DNA of 64,000 nucleotides from NCBI RefSeq assembly GCF_018977255.1, contig NW_024704742.1, positions 31,250,001 to 31,314,000 of the forward strand, read 5' to 3'. Position numbers and translations under genes: made by a program. The number at the start of each line of letters is the position of its first letter. Position 1 is the stretch's first letter. Under the pieces are notes generated by a model that searched no databases, was not told the DNA's origin, and saw nothing but the letters and a program-made list of their open reading frames with translations. This document shows, one piece after another, positions 38,493-50,739 of this stretch. Source of the DNA: Callorhinchus milii. Its lineage: Eukaryota.

Positions 38493-39139
38493 TGTAGATT
38501 AGTCAATTTTAGACTTGGTCATTTTAAAATACGTTCATTATTATTTGACTTTCATTGCAAACCTCCGCTTTACATTTTGCATTCAGAATTAAGCAGGTGG
38601 TAGTTTTAGGAATATATTATATGAATATAAAGGAAATCAAGGACAAATAAATCATTTGACCCACCCAAACTCACCTTTCCATTAATAATAATTCTTCCAT
38701 TTGGTGTAATGCCTTTCAAGTCAGGAGAACATCACAGCATATACTCTAAATTACAGTGACTGTATGTTTTGTGTGTTTCGACAACTTAACTTGCCTAATG
38801 CAGCATCCAGCTTTTTTTTTGGACAACAACCAATAATAATAATAATCCCTGCATTTGATTTATCACGTCTTTGAGATGTCTGATAAGCGCTTCACAGAAT
38901 ATACTGCAAAGTGAATTGACTGTATATTTTTATGGGCAAAACAAAATAATGGTCTGTTTTGAGTGCTCTTTAGATTGTACAAGCTTTCATGAAAAATCTG
39001 GTGGGTGATTTATTTCTGGATTTATAATAAATTATTATTGTTTTAACTAGAAAATAATAGTTATAATCTGGGGCAAAATATGGATCCCAGGATTAGCACA
39101 AGTATTTCTCTGAATCCTATAAGCAATACTTTGTACCAA

Positions 39140-39535
39140 ATACATACCGAAGATGTGTGATCAAGCCCTGCATCAGGACTTTGTACTCACATAGTCTAGG
39201 CTGACACTCCAATACAGTGCTGGGGATGTGCTGTATTGTTTGAGGTATCAAAGAGATGTTAATCCAAGGTCTCATATACCTGATCAGGTGGACATTAAAG
39301 ATCTCAGGCACTATTTGAAAAAAAAGGGAATTTCTTTCAATGACTTGGCTGACAATTAGAAAAAAATGATAATTTATTTAATTGCTGTTGGTGGTATATC
39401 GCTGTGCAAAAATTGACTGCTACAATCATTAAGAGAATACACAATCACTACATTTTAAGATTAAATCCTGTGAAGTGATTTGACATGTTTCAATTACATT
39501 ATAAAACACAGTATCAAATGCAAGGATTATTATGA
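39140..39535 (+). mobile_element. Deu-domain SINE
   Basis: tctaggctgacactccaatacagtgctgggg...caggtggacattaaagatctcaggcact...caaatgcaaggattatt. Confidence 0.82.
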
Positions 39536-39813
39536 TTTTTGTTTCCCAAACCAATAAACCGTGGAGAACATAGTTAGTATTCAGAACAGCTTTATTTCCT
39601 TGGATTTCCTTGGATGTTCAGAACTGCCTTACATACTCCTCACTAAACAATGCACTGGTAACAATTAGTTTTCATTTGATCACATCTGTCAAATTCCTCT
39701 GATTTCGACTACCTGTTGACTTTTCAAAATGCTGGAGGATGTTCTCAAAGGGCAAATAAAAAAGCAAATCAATTGTTCTCAGTTTGCCTACATAATAGAC
39801 AGCCACACCACTG

Positions 39814-40136
39814 TAATAATAACGATAATAATCCTTGCATTTCGTATAGCGATTTTCACGTCTTCTAGCATCTCAAAGCGCTTCACAGAATATACTGTAA
39901 AGTGAATTGACTGTATATTTGTGGGTGAAATGTGGCAGCCAATTGTGCACAGCAGTGTCCCACAAACAGTCGTGGATTGAGTGACCAAATTATTATTTAT
40001 TTAAAAAAAATTCTTGAGGGATTATTATCAGGCATGTGGAGTAAGGAAATTTGTCCAAGGTTTTGCTCTGCTGGGAATCAAACTCGGGTCTCTCACCTGC
40101 GAGGAGAGTGCTCTAACCACTGAGCTACAGGACTCC
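39814..40136 (-). mobile_element. tRNA-Ala SINE, short form, full length
   Basis: Ends on + with ctctaaccactgagctacaggactcc (the head); (aat)n tail near 39814. Confidence 0.94.
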
Positions 40137-41384
40137 ACAATATATCCTGTGCAGTATATCCTGTGAAGCACTTTGAGACATTTGCCCGACCCAGTAAAGC
40201 GCTGTATGCCTCTGCTAGAGGCTTACACCAGTGTAATGTTAATGCCTACTGAAATTGGAATTGTATTATATCTATAAAAATAATAATAATATGGTCACTC
40301 AATCGACGACTGTTTGTGAGGCATGGCTGTGCACAATTGGCTGCTGCGTTTCGCCCACAAAATATACAGTCAATTCACTTTACAGTAGATTCTGTGAAGT
40401 GCTTTGAGACATCTTGAAGACGTGATAAGGGGCTATATCAAATGCAAAGGTTATTATTATTATATAAGTGTGGCATTCAGCGATATAATAACTCCAGCAG
40501 AGCTAAAAGACCAGTTCCCTTTTTGCTCAGTGTTTATTATAATAATCCTTGCATTTGATAAAGTGCCTTATCGTCTCATTGAGATGTCTCAAAGCGCTTC
40601 ACAGGATATACTGTAAAGTGTTCTTTTTACTGTGTGTATTGTTGGTGAAGCTGGACAGGATTGTTGATTGGGGATATGATACAAAAAAGGAAACCCTTGA
40701 AACAGCTTTTTATCAACTCTTCATAACATAAGTCCACAATTACTAGGGCCAAAGGGTGAAGGGCAAGGCAGTGGGTATACAAATACATAAGCATCTTACT
40801 GAGACAATAATCTTTTAAAACAAACCCTTGATCTGGCTGCTGCCTTGGGTTTAATTTTTTCATTCCGTTCATTTTCCTTTCAGACATTATTCAGATTTAT
40901 GCTGTCCCAGTAATCTGTTTACTGAGGAGCCCATTACTAAGCTCCGAGATAATTGGTTGCTTTCGAATGAATGAAATTGGACTTAAACTGACAAGGAGAT
41001 TATCGGCACAGGACCGATACAGTTTTAATTGTAAAAATGGTTGGTTTAACATTTTACAGCATAAAATTCCATTACTCCAGTATAATAAGATTGTGTTTTG
41101 ACAAGCTCAGTGATGTACAGTGAAAGCATCAGCAAACACAGGTTGCACAGATCATAAACTATATTAAGCTGTATTACTGGACCACTTGCTTGGGACAGTT
41201 GACTCCAGATAAATGAGCAGATGATCCAAGCATAGCATCTCAATGTATTAAATTGCTTCCTCTTCATTGCAACTGTACAGAAGTCATGATGAATATTTGT
41301 TTGAAGATTGTGTACAACATTTTAATTCATGCATAAAACATTGCCTGATGCATAATTTGTGTTTAACTCTTAGCTTCCTAAGCT

Positions 41385-41640
41385 ATTTGATTTTAGCTGG
41401 TTAAACTCTAGCGGTACCCCATTGAACACTCTAAGGACCCCAAGCCTTGGCTCCTGCCAACCTGTACCTCATACTCTCTGGTATTAGGTAAACAGGTGCG
41501 TCCCTCTCGGGAAAGAGTGCATATTGCAAATGCAGGGAAATTTTCATGTGTAGGTGGCATAAATGGTTTGGATAGATTTCCGCATGTGCCAGACACCCAG
41601 CTGATCATAAAAGGGCAAGTATGCTCACCTTTCAACAGTC
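41385..41640 (+). repeat. Unclassified repeat family A, copy 4
   Basis: ttttagctggttaaactctagcggtacccc...ggaccccaagcctt...tttccgcatgtgccagacacccagctga. Confidence 0.75.
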
Positions 41641-42799
41641 TTTTCCTGGTTTGTTGCATATGAATATGTCAGGGATTGACCATATCCTGATTAAAATAGG
41701 ATCATGTTAGTCAACACGTTTCCAGGTTTTAGTTGGCCAAGGCCACAACCTCTGGGGCTTGTTTTCACTGTGATTTAAACTAAGTACAGTAGTTGGTTCG
41801 GGTGGACAGCAGAAGTCAAGAAAATATATATAAGTTATTTTGTTTCGTAACATAAGGCCCAGGAAAAAATCGATTAAGTGGAATAAACTAAAATTCAAGT
41901 TGAAAATAAAACAGGGAACAAGAGGGAAAGGAGAGAGAAAGAGAAAAGGAGTCACAAATTGAGGAAGATTAAAAGGATTTAAAATAGTGTTTATCTTTAT
42001 CTTTTTCTTGTTCTTGTGGAACATCCCAACTCGAATCAAGATTTTCAAGCCATTTTCACCAATGTATTTTACTATCTGAGAATTAATATTATCATCATCT
42101 CAGACAATATAGTGCAATTCTGTTTTGGTTAGCTGGATGTCGGACACACTTGAAAGCCCATCACCATGCAGAATAGCCGTTCCAAACTACTTAAGATATG
42201 TAGTTATATGCACAGAAATTTATGTTTGTATTCATTTTCATTTCATACATTATTCAGATTTATAATGTAATAAGGGTGAAAAATATGACAATTTGGAAAA
42301 GATTTGGTGGGATAATTACCACATTGAACCTGTAATGAATTGTTGTATTGGTCAACCAGTAATGTTTTTCACCTGGTTCATCATGGAAATCCGTTTCCTC
42401 CCCTTTAATATGGTTTTGGGGGTGGTGGGGTGGGGGTGGGGGGGGGCATTGCCAATCATATTATTGCCTTAAATGGTGAGTTCTATTACTTGTGAAAATA
42501 TAGATGGAAAAGGTAAAATTACTACTGTTGCTTCTCACCTCACAGTGCTGGTAAAGATATTCATTGTGGGCTCCTAATTCAAAGTTATTAAAGACGAAAC
42601 AAGAAATTGGAGGGTGTCCTAAATATTTTCCTAGAAGGCTGCTCTTGATTTTTTTTCACACTGTTGAGAATTTTTTGTAATGCCATGCTTCATCTAAAAA
42701 TCCTGCAGAATTATGTTTTTTGATGAGAACACTTTGCCATTACTGTGGGAAAGTCTAAGTGGAAAACAACAGTTCTTTAACACAAGTCCTTAGTAATAT

Positions 42800-43392
42800 T
42801 GCATGTCAGCACAGGACTCTGTGCTTTGGATGAGACATTAAACCAACCTGTCTGGTCAGGTGGAAGTTAAAGATCCCATGGCACTATTCAAAAAGAGAAG
42901 GGAGTTTCTCCCGGTATCCTGGTCAACAATCCCCCAATTAAAATTGCTCACTCACTCGATGACTATTTGTGGGACATTGCTATGTGCATCCATAATAATA
43001 ATCCTTTCAGAGTCTTTCTTGTAAAGGAGGATGTTTCAAAGCGCTTCATAGGAATTACTGTAAAGTGTAGTAACTGTGTAATTTGTAGGTGAACACAACA
43101 GCCAATTTGCGCAGAGTAATGTCCCATATAAAGTGAATGACCAATTTTATTTGAGGAGAAACTGTTCACTTTTCAACTACTGCCATGAAATGTTCAATGT
43201 GCACCTGAACAGGCTGACAGGATCTCGGTTTAGTGTCTTATCCAAAAGACACCTCTGACAACACAGTTTATCCCCAGCACTGAGTTGGAGTCATAGCCTA
43301 GACTGTATTACTTCAATGTCCTGATGTGGGGCTTGAAGAAACAATCTTCTAACTCATAGGCGAAAGTACTACCAACTTAGCTGAGCTGACAC
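42800..43392. mobile_element. Two Deu-domain SINEs in inverted arrangement
   Basis: Plus piece 42800-42990 (ggatgagacattaaacc...gttaaagatcccatggcact); minus copy 42993-43392 ends actaccaacttagctgagctgacac. Confidence 0.85.
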
Positions 43393-43466
43393 CTAAAAAT
43401 TAGGACCACATACAACCTTGAAACATTTTTACGTTAAGAATTTATCATGAGAACTAGTACCCCTGT

Positions 43467-43783
43467 GGAGTCCTGTAGCTCAGTGGTTAGAGCACTCGCT
43501 TTGCAAGCGAGAGACCTGAGTTCAATTCCAGTCAGGGCGAAACCTTGGGCAAGTTTCCTTACTCCACACACCTAATAATAATCCCTCCAAAACCAAAAAC
43601 AATAATAAATTGGTCATTTTCAATCTACGACTGCTTGTGGGACATTGCTGTGCGCAATTGGCTGCCGCGTTCGTCCACAAATATACAGTCAATTCACTTT
43701 ACAGTGTGTTCTGTGAAGCGCTTTGGGATGTCCTCCTGACATGAAAAACGCTATATCAAATGCAAGGATTATTATTATATTAT
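43467..43783 (+). mobile_element. tRNA-Ala SINE, short form, young full-length copy
   Basis: ggagtcctgtagctcagtggttagagcactcgctttgcaagcgagagacctgagttcaattcc head with intact A and B boxes; L2-like tail and (att)n. Confidence 0.96.
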
Positions 43784-44420
43784 TTGAGCTGAGCTGGTGA
43801 TACGGCAAATATTGCAGAACTGTAGATGTGAGTAGGAAGTGCCACGCATTTCCTTCTCACTCTTGCTCGTCAGGAGACCGTTGGGGTTATTTGAAAGTGG
43901 ATCACTTTGTGGTTGGTATTTCAGCTCAATGTTCATCCTGAACACCAGGTGGCATCATTACTGTATAGCTCTGGGCAGTGAACTTGGGTTGTCGAATGTG
44001 AAACGCAAAGTCAATGTGCAGTGAGCAAATACAAAACAATTTGCATAGCATCTTTCACGTCGGGAGGACGTCTCAAAGCACTTGACACTGCTGGCACAAA
44101 TGCATTAAAAAAATGCACCTTTTGGAAAATACAATGCAGTAGATTAAAAACAGCCTTCCAGATCGGATAAAGATCCGTTTTATTTAATATTGTTTTCTTT
44201 CCCCCATGTGGGGGAACTTCAAACTCATTCTGAATTAATCCAAATTAATTGGATAAATACTTTAAATGTACAGTATGGTATCTCAACAGTCAGGTTGTGT
44301 CAAGAGCCCTGACATTACGATACTCCAGCTCCTCAAATCATTGGTCCAAACAAGAACAACGATGCAATCATCTCAATACAATCTCTTGTGCAAGATTGTC
44401 TTCCGTAATGAATAAATAAA

Positions 44421-44456
44421 ACTACATTTGATCTTAGCCCAAATTCTGAGAAGCTG
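44421..44456 (-). pseudogene. U2 snRNA 5' fragment
   Basis: Reverse complement gcttctcagaatttgggctaagatcaaatgtagt versus U2 5' end gcttctcggccttttggctaagatcaagtgtagt: ungapped, 5 mismatches in 34 nt; similarity stops after tgtagt. Confidence 0.75.
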
Positions 44457-46204
44457 GTTACACCACTGGTAACTGACTGGCATAAGGGCACTTATTTACG
44501 TGGCAGTTTCGCAACAGTTTCACTCTTATCCGATTGCACCATGTTATACATGTTTACATGATTGTGGCTTCAGAACATCATAATAGTCAGCAGAGTTTCA
44601 GCAGAGTGGGCTTGTCAGGGTTAACTTTGCCACTTGCCACTGTTGATCTCAACCAAATGTTTCGCCCACAAAATATACAGTCAATTCGCTTTGCAGTATA
44701 TTCTGTGAATCGTTTTGAGATATCTAGAAGACCTGATAAGGCGCTATATCAAATGTAAGGATTATTATTATTATTATTATTATTATCCCACTTGTCCCAT
44801 GATAGCCACTAACATTGCTCTCATGGGATTGGGAAGAGGGGGGGATAAGTATATATATATATATATATAGTTTACTGTGAAACGCTTTGGGACGTCCTTC
44901 TGACATAAATCAAATTAAATCAAATGTCAAGATTGTTTTTTTTATTACTCATGAAACAGAACAGGAGACAAAATTAATGCAAAGAATCTGGTTTGTAACT
45001 AAATAACTAAATAATAACTTTAATGATACAAAACAAATTGGAGCTGAATAAGAGAAGTCAAACAGCCATTCTACACAATTTCTTTCTATGCTAAAAGTGG
45101 AGTATTTCAAGCAGAGATGAATATCTCTCATTCTGTCACAACTCTACTTGATATGCAGTATTTGTTTACATAGAATTATATACTGTAGTGCTCTGAAATG
45201 TTACCCTGCGTGGAGTGCACTACATAAGTTATTGTTTTACTGTAGTATAATTCTGCACGAAAACAGGCTTTTAAGCCTGTTCGTCCATGCGGGTGCTTAT
45301 ACTCCACACAAGCTTCTCTCCCTCTCTTATAACCCTCTGTTCCCCTCTCCCTCATATGTACATTATGTTTCCTCTCATATATGAAATCCCTGTGATTTGT
45401 CGTAATTGTCGTAATTCAACTTTGGGCAATCTGAGACCGATTTGTAAGGAAACTTATTATCTAAAAAGAATAAACCTGGCCGTGACTACCTACAGGGACA
45501 GTGCAACTGTGGCATTAATGGAAAGTGCAGTCGATGGCAAGTAATTTTGTGAAGTGTCTGGCACAAAGTGAACCTGTTTCTATACGTATTTAATGAGGAA
45601 AGGAGGATGCAGGGAATAAAGGGCATGAGATATGGATTGGCAGAATTTGCCTGCGCAGCTGGTACAATTCACAGTAAAAACCTGTGAAGCGCTTTTAAAC
45701 ATTTCAGCGATGCGATAAAGCTCTATTTCCAATGCAAGGATTTTGCGAATTTCCTGAATTAAACAACTTCCAATATTCACAAAACAGCTCCAGTTGGTAC
45801 ACTGAATCAAGTTTACAAATCCCTGCATCTTAGACTATATTGTGCATTTGTAATAGGAATCAGACCTGCAGAGATGTGCAATGTTAAAGTCCCTATGATC
45901 ACCGGCAAGTGGAATAACTCACCTTAAATGGCCACTTGGTGTTGAGAAAGTATTGAGTTGTGTAACATCATAAAGAGCACCCTTTTGATGCATTAGTAAG
46001 CACTTAATGTGGATTCCAGCTCAAGTCTGTGGTGAACTTGACAGTTCCAGCAGCAGCCCTGGGAGAGATGGCTTCTTACAGGGGCAATATTTCCACAGCA
46101 GATTTTTTAATTGAAAAATCGTATTATTTTAGTGCTCTTATTGTGCCACACAGACACGTACTTTGATGGAATACAGTTAAAAAACTGACACAATTAAAAA
46201 AAAG

Positions 46205-46757
46205 TAGTAATAATAATAATCCTTGGATTTGGTATCGAGCCTTAAATGTCATCTAAACATCTTAAAGCACTTCACAGGATTTATTGCAAAGTGTAGTGAC
46301 TTTGTATTTTGTAGGTGAACTTGGGAGTGAATTTGCACACATTAGTGTCCCATAAAACAGCCATGAAGCAAGTGACCAATTTTATCTGGAGAATAAAAGA
46401 TTTGAAGCAGGCTTGCATCTGGAAGCAAACTAGGTTTTAATAATATAATAATCCTTGCATTTTAAACTCACCTCCTTAACCACAAACCTGATGAAGCAAG
46501 CCTTCAAGCCAATGGAGAATTGTTGGCCAGGGCATTGGGAGAAACTCTCCCTTTCGGATAGTGCCATGGGATCTTTAACGTTTATTTGAACAAACAGATG
46601 GGGTCTTTAATGTTTCATCCGAAGGATGGCATCTCCAAAAATGCATCACAATATGTTGGAACATCATCTTAGAGAATATGATTTCCAAGTCCCGACGTGG
46701 GGTTTAAACCCATAACCTTTTGATTCAGAGATGAGAGTGCTACTAAATGAGTCAGGT
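46205..46757 (-). mobile_element. Deu-domain SINE with about 120-bp internal insert
   Basis: Deu core gtgccatgggatctttaacgt on +, head near 46750; extra segment 46395-46513 lies between ggagaat direct repeats. Confidence 0.85.
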
Positions 46758-47439
46758 TTCCATAGATGGTAGAAATATTAGTTTTCCGATGTCTAAGCTA
46801 ACTTTATTTGGTATTTCTAGTAGAGACTACTTATTAATAATAATACTGTACTATAATCCTTGCATTTGATATAGTGCATTGTTGCATCTCCTTAAAGTGC
46901 CTCACAGGATATATTGTAAAGTGCTGTGTATACTGTGTATATTTGTGGGCGAACGCAGCAGCCAATTTGTGCATATTGGTGTCCCACAAACTGCCAGCGA
47001 CTGAGTGATTTGTTCTATTTGGGGGATTGTTGCCTAGGACACTGGAAGGGTATATTAGGCTGAATTTCCCTCTCCTATTACACATAAGCAAAAGTCTTTT
47101 CCCCATTTACCACACTTCTTTCCTTATTGATATCAATGTGTAGGTTATATTGTAGCACAGTTAGGTAAAATTGTGTTGGTTTATTTCACATGGTGGGGGG
47201 GGGGTAGAGAATCCAATTTACAATACAGTGCAATGGAAAGTTACATTAAACAGCCACTTTCATGTCAGGAGGACATCTCAGAGCGCTCAACAGTATGAGC
47301 TTAACACCCGAGCAGGAGGCGTGGAGAGGGGAAAGATGACCGAAAGTGCGGTCAAATAGGTACATCTTGGGATGGACCTTGAATGAAATACCACAGGGTA
47401 AGCCTGCTCATGGATCCTTATAGGCAAAACACAGAGGGG

Positions 47440-47700
47440 ACTCATCCTACCTGTCTGGGCAATACCTGGACTTTTTTGGGGGGTGCCTGATACATGCGGA
47501 AACCCAACACCATGCTTAAGAGTATCCAAACCAAACTGGGAGTTAGTTTCATGTATGCCACCAACACATGGAAATTTCTTTCTATTTAATGGAACTTGCA
47601 TTCTCTCCCTAAAGGGATACATCCTGCTCGCCTAATTCCAGAGAATATTAGGACCCCAGAGTGTGCGTTGGGGAACTTCTGGAGTTTAACCAGCGAAAGC
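47440..47700 (-). repeat. Unclassified repeat family A, copy 5
   Basis: Reverse complement gctggttaaactccag...ctctggaattagg...tttggatactcttaagcatggtgttgggtttccgcatgtatcag. Confidence 0.8.
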
Positions 47701-48473
47701 CGCCNAAAAAAATTGTGCTAATCCACTGTAGTGACCACTGCTCCAGCTGAAAGTTTTTTTTAATATGGATGCCGCTTTCACCACAGTGATGAACCTCACA
47801 GTGAGATTCCAACCACCGCTGACTGCTAGTAAAGTATAATGACACTTCCAGCCTCATTTTAAATTTAAAATAGGTTATTAACAAATCTGGAGGCTTTCGT
47901 TATGTCATTCTGGCCATTAATGGGTGATTAATAATACTAGTTACAGGACAAAAGGGTGCAAGAACACCTTAAATTACTGAGCCACACTGGAAGAGGAAAG
48001 ACATTTCTGAATGAAACGGCTTTGCCATTCTGTAACACTGGAGAGAAATGGAAAATATTAATACTGGGAAGAGAAGGAAGCAAGTAGCAACTTAGAACCA
48101 TAGAACAGCAACCAGCAAAAAGGAAGGCCATTCAGCCCATCGTATCTGTGCTGGCTCTTTGAAAGAGCAATTTATTCAGTCTCGTTATTTTAAAAAAATT
48201 CTGATTTCACATCAGGAGTGACTGTATATTTGGCAGTCGAACCCGGCAGCCAATTTGCACACAGCAGTATCCTACAAACAATAATGACATGAATTTTATT
48301 TTTTAGGAGATTGTGGGCCAAGCCAGCAAGAAATCTCCCTTTTCTTTCAAATAGTGCTATGGGATCTTTGACATCCACCTTACAGCCACTATGCCAAATG
48401 CAAGGATTATTATTGTTCTTAAGATGCTCATAATGTGCTCTCTAAATTTAGAATGAAGTGCAGCACAGTGGAA

Positions 48474-48925
48474 AACAACAACAACTTGCACTTATATTGC
48501 GCCCTCCATGAAGGGTAGCGTCTCAGAGCACTTAACACTGGTGGAGACTGACTCTGAGCCAGTGGAGGGGGGAGGTGGCCGTAAGCAAGGCCAAAGAGGA
48601 AAGTTTTCAGGTGGGACTTGAAAGCAGGGAGAGAGGGTGCAAGACGGAGGAATTGAGGGAAAGTGTTCCAGAGTTTTGGGGTGTAAAGGCTGAAAGCATG
48701 ACTTCCAATGGTGGGGAGAAGCATGCGAGGGATGAGCAGGAGACCGGAGCAAGTCGAGCGGAGGCGCTGGGTGGTGGATTGGGGAGTGAGGAGGTCGGGG
48801 AGGTAGGGAGGTACCAGGGAGTGAATGGATTTGAACACGAGTGTGAGGATCTTGAAGTCGATCCGGTCGGTGATGGGGAGCCAGTGGAGTCTGACCAGAA
48901 CTGGTGAGATGTGAGTACAGAGTAA
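48474..48925 (-). mobile_element. L2 3' fragment
   Basis: HISPVLVRLHWLPITDRIDFKIL...YTPKLWNTFP...FKSHLKTFLF; (caa)n tail. Confidence 0.94.
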
Positions 48926-50129
48926 GCTGTATTCAATGTAAGCTACGCAACAAAACAGACAACCTTCGCAAAAAGAATATCTAGGTTTTTTTAAAAAAAT
49001 GCTTTTAGGGATTCTATTTGTACCACAGGTTTCCACTTTACAGCTTTTTTAGACAAGTTTGTTTTCAATTGGATATTATATATTTATGGAAATGCAGGAA
49101 AACAAATATGCAATTTCCTGCTTCCAGGTTTGCAGACATTTTTCACATCTTTGTCACTTGACCTTATGATAAAAATTAATAATAATAGTTGTTTTTGATA
49201 TAACACCTATAAAATCAAAATGTCTCAAAAGTGTTTTGAAGGGAATTGTTGTCAAGTGTCAATTTGTTATATTGTAGGCAAAAGTGGCAGCCAGTTTAAG
49301 CACAGCAATATCCTGCAAACAGCCATAAAGAGAATGAGCAATTTTATCTAGAGAAATGTTGGTCAGGACCCAGGAAGAAACTCCTCTCTCTTTTCAGATA
49401 TTGTCACGGGATTGCTAACATCAAATTGAACATGCAGATGGGTCCTCAGTCCCAATCTGCCTTCCCCAGTGTAATAGATTTTGTGTGTTTAACATTATTA
49501 TTTAACAACTAAATCCACGACTGTTTGTGGGACACTGTTGTGCTCAATTTGCTGCCATGTACCGCCCACAAAATAGACAGTCAATCCACAACATATTCTG
49601 TGAAGTGCTTTGAGATGTCTCAAAATGACGTGATAAGGCGCTATTTTAAATACAAGGTTTATTATTATATTAAAGATATGATTGGCAATCGACCATAGCT
49701 GGTATTGCGAAACTTTCTGATTTGTGTGCCAAACAGCACTGGTGGTCTAAGTGTATAAATATCATCACACATAAAGACCTACCCGCTGTTTTGAATAAGC
49801 GAGGTTGCTGTTTAGATTAATTCCCTGTTACATACTCTGTTACTGTGCTTGGAAAGTCCCCTTTCAGGATTTGAAGGCCAGCCTAAGAGGAGGTGATTTT
49901 ATCTTTTATTACTGTTTGAAATTCAGGTAGGCTGGTCAGTATAGATACTGCACTCAGTATTATGAGGGACTTTCCTTCTGATACCAGACAGAAAATATAA
50001 GACTTCATTCCCAGAAATGACAAGATCAATAGGTACTCCCCAAAGAAATGTAACAGATTCCCAAGCCATATCAGAATAGCAGCAAGCTGTAAGTGACAAT
50101 AGGATCATAGCACACAATCTGTAGTGTAT

Positions 50130-50400
50130 TATCTCTATTGGTCTGAAGGCCTGCTTCATTGTGTTTGTGGTTAAGGAGGCGAGCTTAAAGTTATTTTTGT
50201 ATCACAAGTTTGCAAGCCTACTTCAACTTATTTATCCTCCAGATAAGATCGGTCATACACTTCACGTTTTTTTTTGTGGGACATTGCTGTGAGCAAGTTA
50301 GCTGCTGCTAACTTAGCTGCTGCGTTTGCCTACAAATATGCAGTCACTCCACTTACAGCAATTAGCTGTGGAGCGCTGTGAGATGTTTTGACATTGAGCT
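50130..50400 (+). mobile_element. Deu-SINE 3' half carrying the same insert as 46395-46513
   Basis: Reverse complement cctccttaaccacaaac...atgaagcaggccttcag and atctggaggataaa...ttgaagtaggcttgca match 46385-46510. Confidence 0.75.
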
Positions 50401-50739
50401 CTCAAAGTCTGAATTTTTTTCATTTCCCATCCGCAACTTGATGCGCATACAAAATTCACTAATAAAAACCCCAAGAGTTGGTGAACTGACCAATTTTATT
50501 TGGATTATTGTTGGCCAGAACATCTGACAAAGCTTACTTCTTTGAAAAGCTTGACTAGGGAAATTAGGGAAAAGTTTCTCTGAAGGTGATTTCTCCTTGC
50601 GATTTTGTCTTGCTCATCCCTCAGTTCCCACGCATCCTAACGGGAAAATACAGAGGAAAATATAGAGGACCACTAACAAAATACACCCAGCAGTAACTTC
50701 CCAAACCTCAGAAATTGGACCCTTTCTCCCTTGTCGTTC

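Noticed and set aside
43467..43540. tRNA-Ala(TGC) genes at SINE heads (also 30788, 13126, 40136)
   Set aside because: They continue directly into SINE bodies and lack a proper acceptor stem and terminator.
46488..46520. CTGATGA as a second hammerhead core
   Set aside because: No GAAA follows a stem II, and the paralogous copy near 50150 lacks CTGATGA.
32566..47705. Single N bases at 32566 and 47705
   Set aside because: Assembly ambiguities with no biological meaning; nearby junctions deserve caution.
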